A stretch of DNA of 64,000 bases from Verrucomicrobiales bacterium (GCA_031265105.1 JAISDC010000267.1:6448-70447); one strand, 5' to 3'; shown: positions 55,088 to 64,000, numbered from the stretch's first letter. Numbers and translations: made by a program. The notes: generated by a model from the letters alone, not told the origin.

Positions 55088-55720
55088 ATGAACAAACCCA
55101 GCGTCCTGTTAATCAACGGCAGCCCGCACCGCAATGGCTGCACTTACACCGCGCTGACCGAGGTCGCCGGACCACTCCACGCGCAAAGAATTAACACCCG
55201 CATTTTTCAACTCGGCAAAAAACCCGTGCGTGGTTGCACCGCGTGCCGCTATTGCAAAACGCACGGGCATTGCGCGTTCAACGACGACACCGTGAATGAA
55301 GTCATCGCGCTCATCACCGCCGCTGACGGGCTGGTCATCGGCTCGCCCGTGCATTACGCCTCGCCGAACGGGGCGTTGCTGGCATTGCTCGACCGCGTGT
55401 TCTACGCCGGCGGCGGTCACTTCGCCTACAAACCCGCCGCCGCCGTGGTCAGTTGCCGGCGCGGGGGCGGCACCGCGTCGTTCGATGTGTTGAACAAATA
55501 CTTCACCATCTCGCAAATGCCCGTCGTCTCCTCGCAATACTGGAACATCGTCCACGGCAACACGCCCGACGAAGTGCGCCAGGACGCCGAGGGCTTGCAA
55601 ATCATGCGGACGCTGGGTCGCAACATGGCCTGGCTCATCAAATCCCTCGCCGCCGCGCGTGACACCGTCCCGCTGCCGGTGACCGAACCGGTCGCCCAAC
55701 GCACCAATTTCATCCGCTGA
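55088..55720 (+). CDS. Flavodoxin-like FMN reductase (iron-sulfur flavoprotein type)
   Basis: 210 aa with LLINGSPHRNGCT, a Cys cluster (CTACRYCKTHGHC) and GSPVHYASPNG. Confidence 0.8.
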   Translation: MNKPSVLLINGSPHRNGCTYTALTEVAGPLHAQRINTRIFQLGKKPVRGCTACRYCKTHGHCAFNDDTVNEVIALITAADGLVIGSPVHYASPNGALLALLDRVFYAGGGHFAYKPAAAVVSCRRGGGTASFDVLNKYFTISQMPVVSSQYWNIVHGNTPDEVRQDAEGLQIMRTLGRNMAWLIKSLAAARDTVPLPVTEPVAQRTNFIR

Positions 55721-55785
55721 CGGTGACGGAATTTTTTATTGAAAATTGATCATTGCGGTAATCCGACGTATATATTTCACGGCAT

Positions 55786-56772
55786 ATGTTTCACCGACAG
55801 CGAGTGTTCGCGGGATTGATAATAGTGTTTATTTATGGCGTGTTGGGCACGGTCAGCGTGCCTGCCCGGGCCGCCGGGGACGACCCGGATAAACTGGCGC
55901 AAACAATTGTCAGGGAATTGCGCGGCCAATTCAGTAATTTGACTGGCTATGAATTGTCCGCGACCCGAGCCATTTGGCAGAATCCGGAATTAATCAAGCC
56001 GCTGCTGGCGCCGCCACTGGCAGGCAAATTATCGCTCGCGCTCTCGGGTACCAGGTTCTATTTGCATGATCAACTGGCTTTTGGCCCGGCAGGGGAAAAA
56101 AATTTCCGGATGGCCGCCTATGACGGGGAATATTATCAAGTCCTGACCACGCATACCGGTTATCTTTACCTTAAAAAAACCGCTCAACCGCCGCGGGAAT
56201 ATTTCCGCAGGTATCTTGACGAATACCTAAGGCCGTTGGAATTTTTTTCCGAGCTAACCAAGGACGATGACAGTCAGTTCACGATATTGGCTGACTTGCA
56301 ACAGGCGGCGAATTGGGAGTTGTTTGCCAAAAGAATCAGCAATGCCGGGTATGTGGAGGTGGCCGGCAAAAAAATGGCGCGCTTTGAAGTGAAATCCGGG
56401 ATTGAATATACCACCGCCCAAAAATCCCATTATGTGGTGCTGGCGGATCCCGACCGCGCGTTTTTTCCCGTCCAATGGGAAAGAATCGCGGATGAGACGG
56501 CCAAACCGATTTACGTTTATCGGATCACGGAAGTTGGCTGTCAGCAACTGGCAAATCAAAAAATTTATTACCCGGCGCGCGCGGAACTTGATTTTCACGG
56601 GGGCGTCGGGAAAAAGGCCGCTTATTCCAATACCCCGAGAAGCAAGCTCACCATAAACATAAAGCTGCTGTTCAATCCTTCGTTGGAGGACGAGCAATTT
56701 ACCCTCGACCCTTCCATGGCCAGACATATCTGGGATGCGGATGGTCAGGCGCTGATCGCCGTGCCTCACTAG
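55786..56772 (+). CDS. Hypothetical secreted protein
   Basis: 328 aa with an N-terminal signal/anchor (VFAGLIIVFIYGVLGTVSVPARA). No family was recognised. Confidence 0.5.
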   Translation: MFHRQRVFAGLIIVFIYGVLGTVSVPARAAGDDPDKLAQTIVRELRGQFSNLTGYELSATRAIWQNPELIKPLLAPPLAGKLSLALSGTRFYLHDQLAFGPAGEKNFRMAAYDGEYYQVLTTHTGYLYLKKTAQPPREYFRRYLDEYLRPLEFFSELTKDDDSQFTILADLQQAANWELFAKRISNAGYVEVAGKKMARFEVKSGIEYTTAQKSHYVVLADPDRAFFPVQWERIADETAKPIYVYRITEVGCQQLANQKIYYPARAELDFHGGVGKKAAYSNTPRSKLTINIKLLFNPSLEDEQFTLDPSMARHIWDADGQALIAVPH

Positions 56773-56834
56773 GCTGATGAAACGGCCGGCCGGGGCCGAC
56801 GCTGACGGTGAGTTGGATGTGAGGCCGGATAAGC

Positions 56835-58067
56835 TTACCACGCCCGCACCAGTTCCATCGCGATTTGCTCCCAGCGGACGAGATTTTCCAGGCGGTAGGA
56901 GGCGCTGCTGATGTCCTTCAGCACGATGTCGCAATTGGCGTGGTTCCGCCGCGCCGCGTCAAGAATTCGGCCCAGTTCCTTCCGCAGACCGTCCTCGTCC
57001 AGCGAGCCGACGGCGACCGAGGCGGGGTTGGGCTTCACGGCCATCACGTATTTGTCGCCCATAAACTCGGCCATCACGTCCAGGTCGGCCCACGGGGTGA
57101 CGCCGATTTTGCGCAGATGCGGCATTTTCACCAAGGCGTCCAGTTTCTGATGCAACGGCTCGCAACAGCCGTAGTACACCAAGCCGAACGGCGCGAACAA
57201 TTTTTGCGTGTACTGGAATTCAAATTCTTCCTGCATCTCCTTCGACACCGAGCCGAGGATTTGCGCGGCGCCCCGGCACCAGATATTTTTGCGTTGCGCG
57301 CCGGCGGCGGGGTCGGGCGCGGGGAGGTCGTCGGTCAGCGCGCTGACGCAGTGGATGGTCTCGGGACCGTATTCGTACAGGCCGAGTTTTTCGTACTGCT
57401 CGGTGACGCTGATGCGGATGTCGTACAGGCGCTTGACCAGCGCGTGCATGAATTCCTCGCGGTCAATCAAGTCGATCAACAGGCTCGACACGCCGCGGTA
57501 GGATGAAATTTCGTCCCAAATCATGCTGTAGATGTATTGCACGCCGCCGATTTTCACCGGGATGATATCGCCCACCTGGTCGGCGACCAGTTGATAGCGG
57601 CGCATGGTCTCCGCGTGGTCGTAGCTGATCACCGGCTCTCTGAGCTTCTGCAAATCCTCGTCGCGCGCGAACTGGTCAACGTACCCGTGCGAGGAAATAT
57701 GATTGGCGGCGTCCAAGTTGATAGTTTCCTCTTCGACCGTGATGCCGATGCCGGTTGAGTTGATGACTTTGCCGACGCGCAGGTGCGGCGGGACAATCAT
57801 GTCGGCGGGGAAGTGGCGCCATTTGAAGATGGTTTTTCGCAAGTAATCCTCGACGCCGCGCAGGAACGGGTCGGCGCAGCGCAGTGTCAGCGAGCCGTCC
57901 ACGTTTAATTCATGGAACGGAATCTCGTCCAGCAGGACGACGGGGCGGATTTGGCGCAAATCATTGACCGCGCGGTACAACGCGGCGTTCTCGGCGTTGC
58001 GCGGGTGGCGGCTGTATTCGGCGTAAATGTGGGCGAGTTCCCGCAGGATTTGACGGTCTGGATTCAT
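56835..58067 (-). CDS. Conserved hypothetical protein (possible URO-D-like TIM-barrel)
   Basis: A start at MNPDRQILRE (58067) is preferred. The ORF is long and codon-consistent. The family assignment is a weak impression only. Confidence 0.5.
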   Translation of the reverse strand: MNPDRQILRELAHIYAEYSRHPRNAENAALYRAVNDLRQIRPVVLLDEIPFHELNVDGSLTLRCADPFLRGVEDYLRKTIFKWRHFPADMIVPPHLRVGKVINSTGIGITVEEETINLDAANHISSHGYVDQFARDEDLQKLREPVISYDHAETMRRYQLVADQVGDIIPVKIGGVQYIYSMIWDEISSYRGVSSLLIDLIDREEFMHALVKRLYDIRISVTEQYEKLGLYEYGPETIHCVSALTDDLPAPDPAAGAQRKNIWCRGAAQILGSVSKEMQEEFEFQYTQKLFAPFGLVYYGCCEPLHQKLDALVKMPHLRKIGVTPWADLDVMAEFMGDKYVMAVKPNPASVAVGSLDEDGLRKELGRILDAARRNHANCDIVLKDISSASYRLENLVRWEQIAMELVRAW

Positions 58068-58201
58068 AATCGGTGTGGCTGATATAATCAGAATTTCGCA
58101 AGCTATGACAAGGCGGAATGAAGTCAATCAAATAACCCCCGGCCAGCAACGCGGACGGGCGGATAAAAAAGCGTGTTTTCCACCGCCGGCGCAATGGTAG
58201 C

Positions 58202-59335
58202 ATGGCGGCCATGTCTTCCCTCGAACACGAGTTGCGCGCGCGGCTGGCCGCTGATGCCGAAGCGCGGCTGGAACGCGCGCTGACGGTGACGCCGGAGTCA
58301 CTGGTGTCGTTCGCGGACAACGACTATCTCGGTTTGGCGCGGCATCCGCTGCTAGTGGACGCCGCCGTCAGCGCCCTGCGCGAAGGTCGCGTCGGCGGCG
58401 GGGCGGCGCGGCTCATCAGCGGGAATTTTTCCCACCATCAGCGGCTGGAGGAGCGGCTCGCGGTATTCAAGAACAGTGCGGCGGCGCTGGTGTTCCCGAC
58501 GGGTTACGCGGTGCCGTGCGGCGTCATTCCGGCGCTGATGATGAAGCCGGATTTTGTCGTGCTCGACAAACTCTGCCACGCCGCGCTGTTCGACGGCGCG
58601 AAATTATCCGGCGCGCGCCGCGTGATTTTTCAACACAACGACGCCAATCACCTCGCGGAAATTCTGACGGAAATTCGCTCGCGCAGCGCGGCGGCGAAAA
58701 TCCTTGTCGTGGTCGAGTCGGTGTACTCAATGGACGGCGACCTCGCGCCGCTGACGGTGATTTGCGATTTGAAGGATAAATTCGGCGCGTGGCTGATGGT
58801 GGACGAGGCGCACGCGACCGGCGTGTTCGGCGCTGACGGTCAGGGCTTGTGCGCGCAACGCGGCGTCGCGTCGCGCGTGGAAATCCAAATGGGCACGCTC
58901 GGCAAGGCGCTCGGTGTCAGCGGCGGCTACGTCGCGTGCGCGCTGACGGTGAGACAATATCTCCTGCAACACGCCCGTTCCTTCATTTTCACCACCGCGC
59001 CGCCGCCGTGCCTCGCCGCCGCGTTGACCGTGGCGCTGGACATCGTCAGCGGCGCCGAGGGAAAATGCCTGCGGCAAAAGTTGTGGGATAATATCGCCTT
59101 GCTCAACACGCTGACATTGAACCGTACCAACCCCGCTAGCCCTATCATCCCGCTGATACTCGGCGCGGCGGACGCGGCGCTGTCAGCGTCAGCGCGCCTG
59201 CGCGCCGCCGGTTTGTTTGTCCCCGCCGTGCGTTACCCCACCGTCCCCCGTCACGCCGCCCGCCTGCGCGTCACCCTCAGCGCAAGACATACGCGGGAGC
59301 AGATAGAGTTGCTGGCAAAAAACCTGCTGATATAG
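58202..59335 (+). CDS. bioF: 8-amino-7-oxononanoate synthase
   Basis: 377 aa alpha-oxoamine synthase with FADNDYLGL, VESVYSMDGD, DEAHATGVFG and the PLP lysine in GTLGKALG. Confidence 0.9.
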   Translation: MAAMSSLEHELRARLAADAEARLERALTVTPESLVSFADNDYLGLARHPLLVDAAVSALREGRVGGGAARLISGNFSHHQRLEERLAVFKNSAAALVFPTGYAVPCGVIPALMMKPDFVVLDKLCHAALFDGAKLSGARRVIFQHNDANHLAEILTEIRSRSAAAKILVVVESVYSMDGDLAPLTVICDLKDKFGAWLMVDEAHATGVFGADGQGLCAQRGVASRVEIQMGTLGKALGVSGGYVACALTVRQYLLQHARSFIFTTAPPPCLAAALTVALDIVSGAEGKCLRQKLWDNIALLNTLTLNRTNPASPIIPLILGAADAALSASARLRAAGLFVPAVRYPTVPRHAARLRVTLSARHTREQIELLAKNLLI

Positions 59336-59419
59336 AATATTTCACCTTGAGATAGCGACAAATTCTTCTTCATGGAAAGGGAATTACTGTCGCCAAGTCA
59401 AAACGAAACACTACGGCAT

Positions 59420-59465
59420 ATGGAGCGCGGACTGTCCGCTGGCGGACGAGACGTCCGCGCTCCAT
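59420..59465. repeat. REP-C palindrome, intergenic copy
   Basis: ATGGAGCGCGGACTGTCCGCTGGCGGACGAGACGTCCGCGCTCCAT. Confidence 0.8.
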
Positions 59466-59538
59466 ACGCTGAAAATCACGTCCTTAACGCTAACGGTGAG
59501 TAAACTGGCTTGCGGGCGATGATAACACCGCGTTAATG

Positions 59539-59805
59539 CTACCGACGCGCGGCGGTCTTTTTGGGCGTCGCGTCGCTTGCTTCAAGTTCGGCAAGGCGTT
59601 TCCGCAACGCGGACAACTCCCGTTGCGGTATCAACGTGAAGGGCATGGTAATCTGCCCGTGTTCCTCGACGTAGTCGATGATTAGTTTGGTGGCGAGCCG
59701 CAGAATGTTGGTGAACGTGATATTGGTTTTACCTTCCACCCAAACCGCCTTTTCCTTCATGGTCTCGCTGACCTTGAAACTGATAGTCTGGTTCTTTTTG
59801 TCCAT
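59539..59805 (-). CDS. Small ribbon-helix-helix-like protein
   Basis: A start at MDKKNQTISFKVSETMKEKA (59805) is preferred. It has a beta-strand plus helices pattern and a basic tail. Confidence 0.4.
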   Translation of the reverse strand: MDKKNQTISFKVSETMKEKAVWVEGKTNITFTNILRLATKLIIDYVEEHGQITMPFTLIPQRELSALRKRLAELEASDATPKKTAARR

Positions 59806-59920
59806 GCTAATATTTAAGCGCGAAATGTTGCCGGCGTAAATACTCTCTATGTTCAGGTGTAGCGTCACCCGTTATGACCAGCTCATCGAGGTATATATGA
59901 AATTTGTGGACGAGGCCTAA

Positions 59921-60134
59921 AAAAATCAAAAGAACTTGCGTAAGTTAGGCGGATAAGATACCATCTCATCCTGTTATCGGCGCAAGCTGGCACTGGCCAC
60001 CAAAAAAACATGGGTGGTTAAGCAAAGGCAAAAAACTGGTAACTCGCTGAAGATGACCGAGATAGCCCATAGAATCGAATCATCGCGCTCACGCGCTCAC
60101 GCGCTCACGCGCTCACGCGCTCACGCGCTCACGC
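59921..60134 (+). repeat. Element E copy 2: ~163-bp conserved module plus (CGCGCTCA)x6.4
   Basis: Inverted homolog of 4937..5180. It lies 371 nt upstream of the low-GC operon starting at 60506. Confidence 0.75.
60084..60134. repeat. 8-bp tandem repeat (CGCGCTCA), 6 full units plus CGC
   Basis: Counted directly. The unit is the same as at 4937..5024 but the copy number differs. Confidence 0.95.
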
Positions 60135-60505
60135 CTGAGCCGGATAGTTTTTGCCAAAAATATTCCTGATACGGTTCAACCGCGTCACTGGACTCCCAAG
60201 TCAGCCTGTTTTGCCCCGATGTCACATGGCATTGGGTTAATACCGCCTGTCGTAAAATCAGCGCCCGACCCAATGGAACATCAGCGTCAGCCTGTTCCAG
60301 GAGCTGTGAACACAAACGAGAACACCAGCATAGTACCGGCAATTCCACTGATAATGGGACAGGAGCTAATAAAGTAACCAAGCCTTGCCCAAGTAACTTT
60401 AGATTTTTTTGAGCATGAAAATTTCAAAGAATGTCACTATCAGCGATGAGTTGTCGCCCTTGGTGATGATTCCTTGGAAAAACAAATAATATAGAAAGGT
60501 AAATT

Positions 60506-61024
60506 ATGAAAGAATCACTAAATAAAATATATGAATCAGAACTCAAGGTTTTTATTATAACACTTATCCAGAGTTCACAACTATTTAGGTCACTTGGAGC
60601 AAAGAGAAAAAAATTATCTGAATTGGCTAAAAAAGAACTGAAAAGAAAATTACTAGATTTCAGTATTGAATTAATAAAAGAAGCTGATAGTGGAACATTG
60701 AAAAATAGTAAAATTCACAAAAAAATAGAAGAGCTGACTAAAATTAACAAATTGATTTCCTTTGGTCGAGCGCAAAAGGCATTGAATATTGTTTTGAAAT
60801 CTTATTGCATCATTACCCGGAAAAAACAGGGAATTTTGCGAGAATTGGATTGCCCTCTTGATAGCAGAACAATGAAACACTGTGGGATTCCTGAAAATAG
60901 ATTACTTGATGTCGAAAAAAATGATTATTTGTGCTATCAGAAAAAATTTGAAGAAGAGGAATTGAGAATATTTGAAGACTATAAAGCTTATAATGAGAAC
61001 AGAATCAATAAATTTATAAAATGA
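60506..61024 (+). CDS. Hypothetical Lys/Glu-rich protein (low GC)
   Basis: 172 aa preceded by AAAGG 8 nt upstream. It contains an FGRAQKALNIVLKSY ... LDCPLDS block that I cannot assign to a named family. Confidence 0.5.
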   Translation: MKESLNKIYESELKVFIITLIQSSQLFRSLGAKRKKLSELAKKELKRKLLDFSIELIKEADSGTLKNSKIHKKIEELTKINKLISFGRAQKALNIVLKSYCIITRKKQGILRELDCPLDSRTMKHCGIPENRLLDVEKNDYLCYQKKFEEEELRIFEDYKAYNENRINKFIK

Positions 61025-61752
61025 TAAAAAATCAAAATTTGTTGCTAACAATGATAGTCATTGTCAGCTGTAAGTCAATATTTATGAAGGCAATATTACT
61101 AATAACCTTACTGGCGGTAACAACTTCATTTGCGGTCGTTCAAACCAAAAACAATGAAATTAAAAAACCTGTCTTGGACAAGAACAAGATATCTACATGG
61201 AGACAAGTGACGCTTGCGGATGGAACGGTTGAGAAGTGGGACACGATTTACTCCATCAAACCATACGGTATCGGTGTTGGTGGGACAAATGGTGTCAAAA
61301 CCATCTATTTCAAGAGCTTACCAGAAAAGCTCCAAAAGGAAATAGGATACAATTCAGCTATTGTGGCCCCTACAATCCCTGACGTCGATATTAAGCCAAT
61401 CAAGTCTTACGATAATGATATTACGCGGCTTGCTGATATTGAAAAGAAGTTAGAGGCGTTGCGGGAAACAAATACCTTGATAGGAATCCGACTTCTGGAA
61501 CTTGGTTCAGGCCGCACCTCTATTGGGGACTCGTATGGCACAACGAGTAATGGGGAGTCGTACGTCATAACGAGTCGTCGTCGCCGTGGTTCTTCCCAGC
61601 CCTTGATGGAGCGTATTGAGGCTCTTGAGAAAGACAAAGAGACGCATGAACTTTTGAATGCTAAAAGGGCGAATGATGAGACTGCAAGGCTATTGTGGTT
61701 TGAGAAAAACAATATCCTAAAACGGAAAGCCAAGCTCGCAGATAACCCCTAA
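61021..61752 (+). CDS. Hypothetical secreted/coiled-coil protein (low GC)
   Basis: 243 aa with an ATGA overlap with the previous gene. The signal-like segment is MKAILLITLLAVTTSFA (alternative start 61084). The C-terminal half is coiled-coil-like. Confidence 0.5.
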   Translation: MIKNQNLLLTMIVIVSCKSIFMKAILLITLLAVTTSFAVVQTKNNEIKKPVLDKNKISTWRQVTLADGTVEKWDTIYSIKPYGIGVGGTNGVKTIYFKSLPEKLQKEIGYNSAIVAPTIPDVDIKPIKSYDNDITRLADIEKKLEALRETNTLIGIRLLELGSGRTSIGDSYGTTSNGESYVITSRRRRGSSQPLMERIEALEKDKETHELLNAKRANDETARLLWFEKNNILKRKAKLADNP

Positions 61753-61873
61753 ACAATGCCAGTATCGGTATCGCTCTTGTTGAGATTTTCTATAAGAGCT
61801 TTGGTAAGAGTAACTTTTACACACGTCAAAGTTTCCAACGAAACCCCACTGCTGGTTGGTCAGTTTATCAAAC

Positions 61874-61972
61874 CATCAGTGTCCATCTGTGTTAATCCGT
61901 GGTTAAAATTTTCAATGCCTTCTGCGCTGGATAAAACACATTCACGCCGACGGATGTCTGGCTGTCAGCGGT
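61874..61972 (+). pseudogene. bioA 5' fragment 1: REP-A half element plus the first ~57 nt of bioA with an ~11-nt deletion
   Basis: It aligns with the reverse complement of 13340..13452. Homology stops at GGCTGTCAGCGG, which also contains the MNT gene stop codon. Confidence 0.75.
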
Positions 61973-62267
61973 GGAAAAAATCCATGCTTTTTTCGTCAAT
62001 GTGTTGGCGCAGATTTTGATTGGTGATTTGGTTGTAAACGACCAAGTCCACTGCCATTGGCAGCGCGTGTTCTTCCAGCGCCACGCGCAGTTTCGCCAGG
62101 TCGCTGATGGTGAGCTGCTCGCCGAACAGGGCGAGGTCAATGTCCGAGGCGGGTTGAAACACGCCCAGAGCGCGCGAGCCGAACAGCACGGCGCGGGTGA
62201 CTCGCGGGTGCGCCGACAACACGCTGACGATGGCGGCGCGCTGGCGTTCTGACAGGCCGTCATTCAT
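61965..62267 (-). CDS. Nucleotidyltransferase-domain protein (MNT-type antitoxin)
   Basis: 100 aa with the motifs LFGSRALG and ASDIDLALFG. It overlaps the HEPN gene by 4 nt. Confidence 0.8.
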   Translation of the reverse strand: MNDGLSERQRAAIVSVLSAHPRVTRAVLFGSRALGVFQPASDIDLALFGEQLTISDLAKLRVALEEHALPMAVDLVVYNQITNQNLRQHIDEKSMDFFHR

Positions 62268-62665
62268 GCCGCCGTCAATGCGTTAAGCCGGTCAACGCAT
62301 CCGTCAAGCAGCGGCGCGTACTTATTCTTAATCAAATTTAGCGCTTGCCGACTGATGGCGTCATCGTAAGTGTGCGTAAATAAATTACGGCTCTCCAGCG
62401 CTTCCAGCCATGTCTCGCCGTCAGTGACCATGCCCGCCTGAAACGCTTGCCGAATGGTCTCGCGTGGGCTGTTGACCTGATAACCGTCGAAGAGCAATTT
62501 GTCGCGTAGCGTCTTCCAACATAGCTCAAACGTGAATTCGTAAGTTTGCACCAGCCCGGCGATTTCCAACTCGCTGTAATTGGTTTGCGCGCAAGCCGCC
62601 ACCAGACGCGCGCGGGCTTTGTTCAAGTTTTCGAGGCGCTGCCGCCAGCGGTCGGGATTTTGCAT
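62264..62665 (-). CDS. HEPN-domain protein, HI0074 family (nucleotidyltransferase substrate-binding protein; toxin of HEPN-MNT pair)
   Basis: The Rx4H motif is ESRNLFTHTYD. The ATG at 62665 is preferred because GGAGA lies 8 nt upstream. The ORF track starts at the GTG at 62680. Confidence 0.8.
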   Translation of the reverse strand: MQNPDRWRQRLENLNKARARLVAACAQTNYSELEIAGLVQTYEFTFELCWKTLRDKLLFDGYQVNSPRETIRQAFQAGMVTDGETWLEALESRNLFTHTYDDAISRQALNLIKNKYAPLLDGCVDRLNALTAA

Positions 62666-62750
62666 GGCATAATTCTCCACATTTCACCGTCAGCGTCAAC
62701 GGCGTGTTTTTCAGATGTTCATGATAGTTGGTTGCGGCTAGATTTTTTGC

Positions 62751-62973
62751 ATGTTTGCCGCGCTGGACAAAAAATATTTGTGGCATCCGTTCACGCCGAC
62801 AGATGCTTGGCTGGCGGCGGATTATGCGCCGACGGTCATTGTCAGCGGGGACGGGTCGTGGTTGTGCGACGACAAGGGGAATAAATATCTCGACGGGAAT
62901 TCTTCCATTTGGACGAATATTCACGGGCATCGCAATGCCACTGTCAGCGGGGTATCACGGGGACACGGTCAGC
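62751..62973 (+). pseudogene. bioA 5' fragment 2: nt 1-~188 of bioA (~94 % identity) joined to 18 nt from bioA codons ~146-151
   Basis: MFAALDKKYLWHPFTPTDAWLAADYAPTVIVSGDGSWLCDDKGNKYLDGNSSIWTNIHGHRNATVSG, followed in another frame by SAGYHGDTV. It is inverted relative to the intact bioA at 12044..13411. Confidence 0.85.
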
Positions 62974-63198
62974 TTTAACGCGCTGATGGAATTGCGGGAA
63001 GATTTGTACAGCTACGCCGGTGTGCTGGAAAGTTTCGAGCGCGCCGGGCGACTGTTCCCGATGGCGGCTCACTAATCCGCCCGCGCGGGTGACCGGCTGC
63101 CGTCACTCGACGAAAGCTGTTCGTCACCCCGTTTTTATCAACTTAAACCCAATATAAAACCTCAACCAAAAGGAACCCCGATGTCCATGCGGCTTATT

Positions 63199-63225
63199 AA
63201 ATTCCCCTTCATGGAAGGGGAATTT
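63199..63225. repeat. REP-B core hairpin (AAATTCCCCTTCATGGAAGGGGAATTT)
   Basis: Perfect palindrome matching the inner part of REP-B units. Confidence 0.7.
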
Positions 63226-63363
63226 GCTCACGCCGGAGAATTAGTCATGAGTGAAGAATTAAAATCTACCGCTAATCGCGGGCTTGGTCTTTACTCCGCC
63301 TCGCAGCGTCTCCGCGCGAACATAAAAACGCTTCGCGCCTTCGCGTCTTCGTGGCCGGAGTTT

Positions 63364-64000
63364 TCAGAGCAACTCCCGCGCCACCGCCGCCGAGTACTTG
63401 CTGGCGATGCCTGCCACGAAGGCGGGGAAATCCACCGGCGACTGCTCATCGGCCGCGTCGCTGATGGTGCGGATGACGGTGCACGGGACGCCGTGCTCGT
63501 GGCACACTTGCGCGACCGCCGCGCCCTCCATCTCCACGCACAACACCGACGGCAACGCCAGCGTCAGCGCCACCTTGTCGGCGTGGCGGGAGAAAAATTG
63601 GTCGCCGCTGGCGATGTCGCCGACGTGCAGGCGCGGTTTGGTGATGCCGAACTTTCGCAACTCACCATCAGCGGCCAGCCGCCCGCTGCCGATGAGTTTC
63701 TCAACCGCGTCAATCGCGCGCCGCAACCGCGCGGGCGGGGTCTCCAGCCAGGTCCGGCCCAGTAACGGGATTTCGTAGCGCGGGACGAGCGGGCGCGCGT
63801 CGAGGTCGTGTTGCACCAGGCGCCGCGCCAGCACGATGTCGCCGATGGCCAGCGCGTCGCTGACCGCGCCCGCGACACCGGTGAAAATGATTTCCGTCAC
63901 GCCGAACTCCAGCAGCAGCGTCGCGGCGGTGGCGGCGGCGGCCACCTTGCCCCAGCGCGAAAACACCACCACGACGCGCCGCCCGCCGACGCTGCCGGTG
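63364..64000 (-). CDS. mtnN: 5'-methylthioadenosine/S-adenosylhomocysteine nucleosidase (5' end beyond window)
   Basis: FTGVAGA, GDIASGDQF and CVEMEGAAVAQVC motifs. The reading frame remains open to the window edge. Confidence 0.85.
   Translation of the reverse strand, partial: TGSVGGRRVVVVFSRWGKVAAAATAATLLLEFGVTEIIFTGVAGAVSDALAIGDIVLARRLVQHDLDARPLVPRYEIPLLGRTWLETPPARLRRAIDAVEKLIGSGRLAADGELRKFGITKPRLHVGDIASGDQFFSRHADKVALTLALPSVLCVEMEGAAVAQVCHEHGVPCTVIRTISDAADEQSPVDFPAFVAGIASKYSAAVARELL

Overview
This looks like an origin-proximal chromosomal segment of a high-GC Gram-negative bacterium. The intergenic repeat families, autotransporters and gene content suggest Verrucomicrobiota/PVC, but that is inference only.

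Conserved backbone:
- yidC-jag, trxA, an aldo/keto reductase, bioD, lepB, bioA and a COG1092-type SAM methyltransferase.
- A TetR-headed operon with a 1489-aa BcrAD/BadFG activase-dehydratase fusion and a transketolase-like protein.
- An ABC-F ATPase, an SBP-ATPase-permease importer, an aspartate aminotransferase, a FecR-like protein and a porin.
- dnaN, dnaA, glnB, a polyferredoxin/DUF362 pair, a PRTase, mnmG, a tannase-like esterase, a flavodoxin, bioF and mtnN.

Accessory, mostly lower-GC inserts:
- GNAT.
- Abi_2-like protein plus a membrane protein.
- A 67-aa membrane protein.
- Two XRE regulators, an IS5 remnant, Fic and an orphan Phd.
- BRO-N protein and VapBC.
- A two-gene unknown cassette and a HEPN-MNT pair.
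- Two autotransporter paralogs, one split by a 7-nt tandem duplication.

No rRNA, tRNA or CRISPR array was recognised.

The strongest signals are at DNA level rather than protein level:
1. A dodecamer, cGCTGACGGTGAc, occurs about once per kb in both orientations, inside genes in several frames and at gene ends. This is uptake-sequence- or Chi-like behaviour.
2. Three small cargo insertions are each flanked by direct, diverged duplications of a host-gene terminus (bioD 5', methyltransferase 3', bioA 5'). The breakpoints in the bioA' mosaic fall on the motif core. This fits Campbell-type or homology-facilitated cassette insertion.
3. A roughly 160-bp module ends in a variable (CGCGCTCA)n tract of 11 versus 6 units. 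It is present as an inverted pair, each copy upstream of a secreted-protein gene.
4. Palindromic REP-like elements are inserted in frame in three CDSs.
5. At least seven intergenic hairpin repeat families are present.

All counts and identities were made by eye and need computation.
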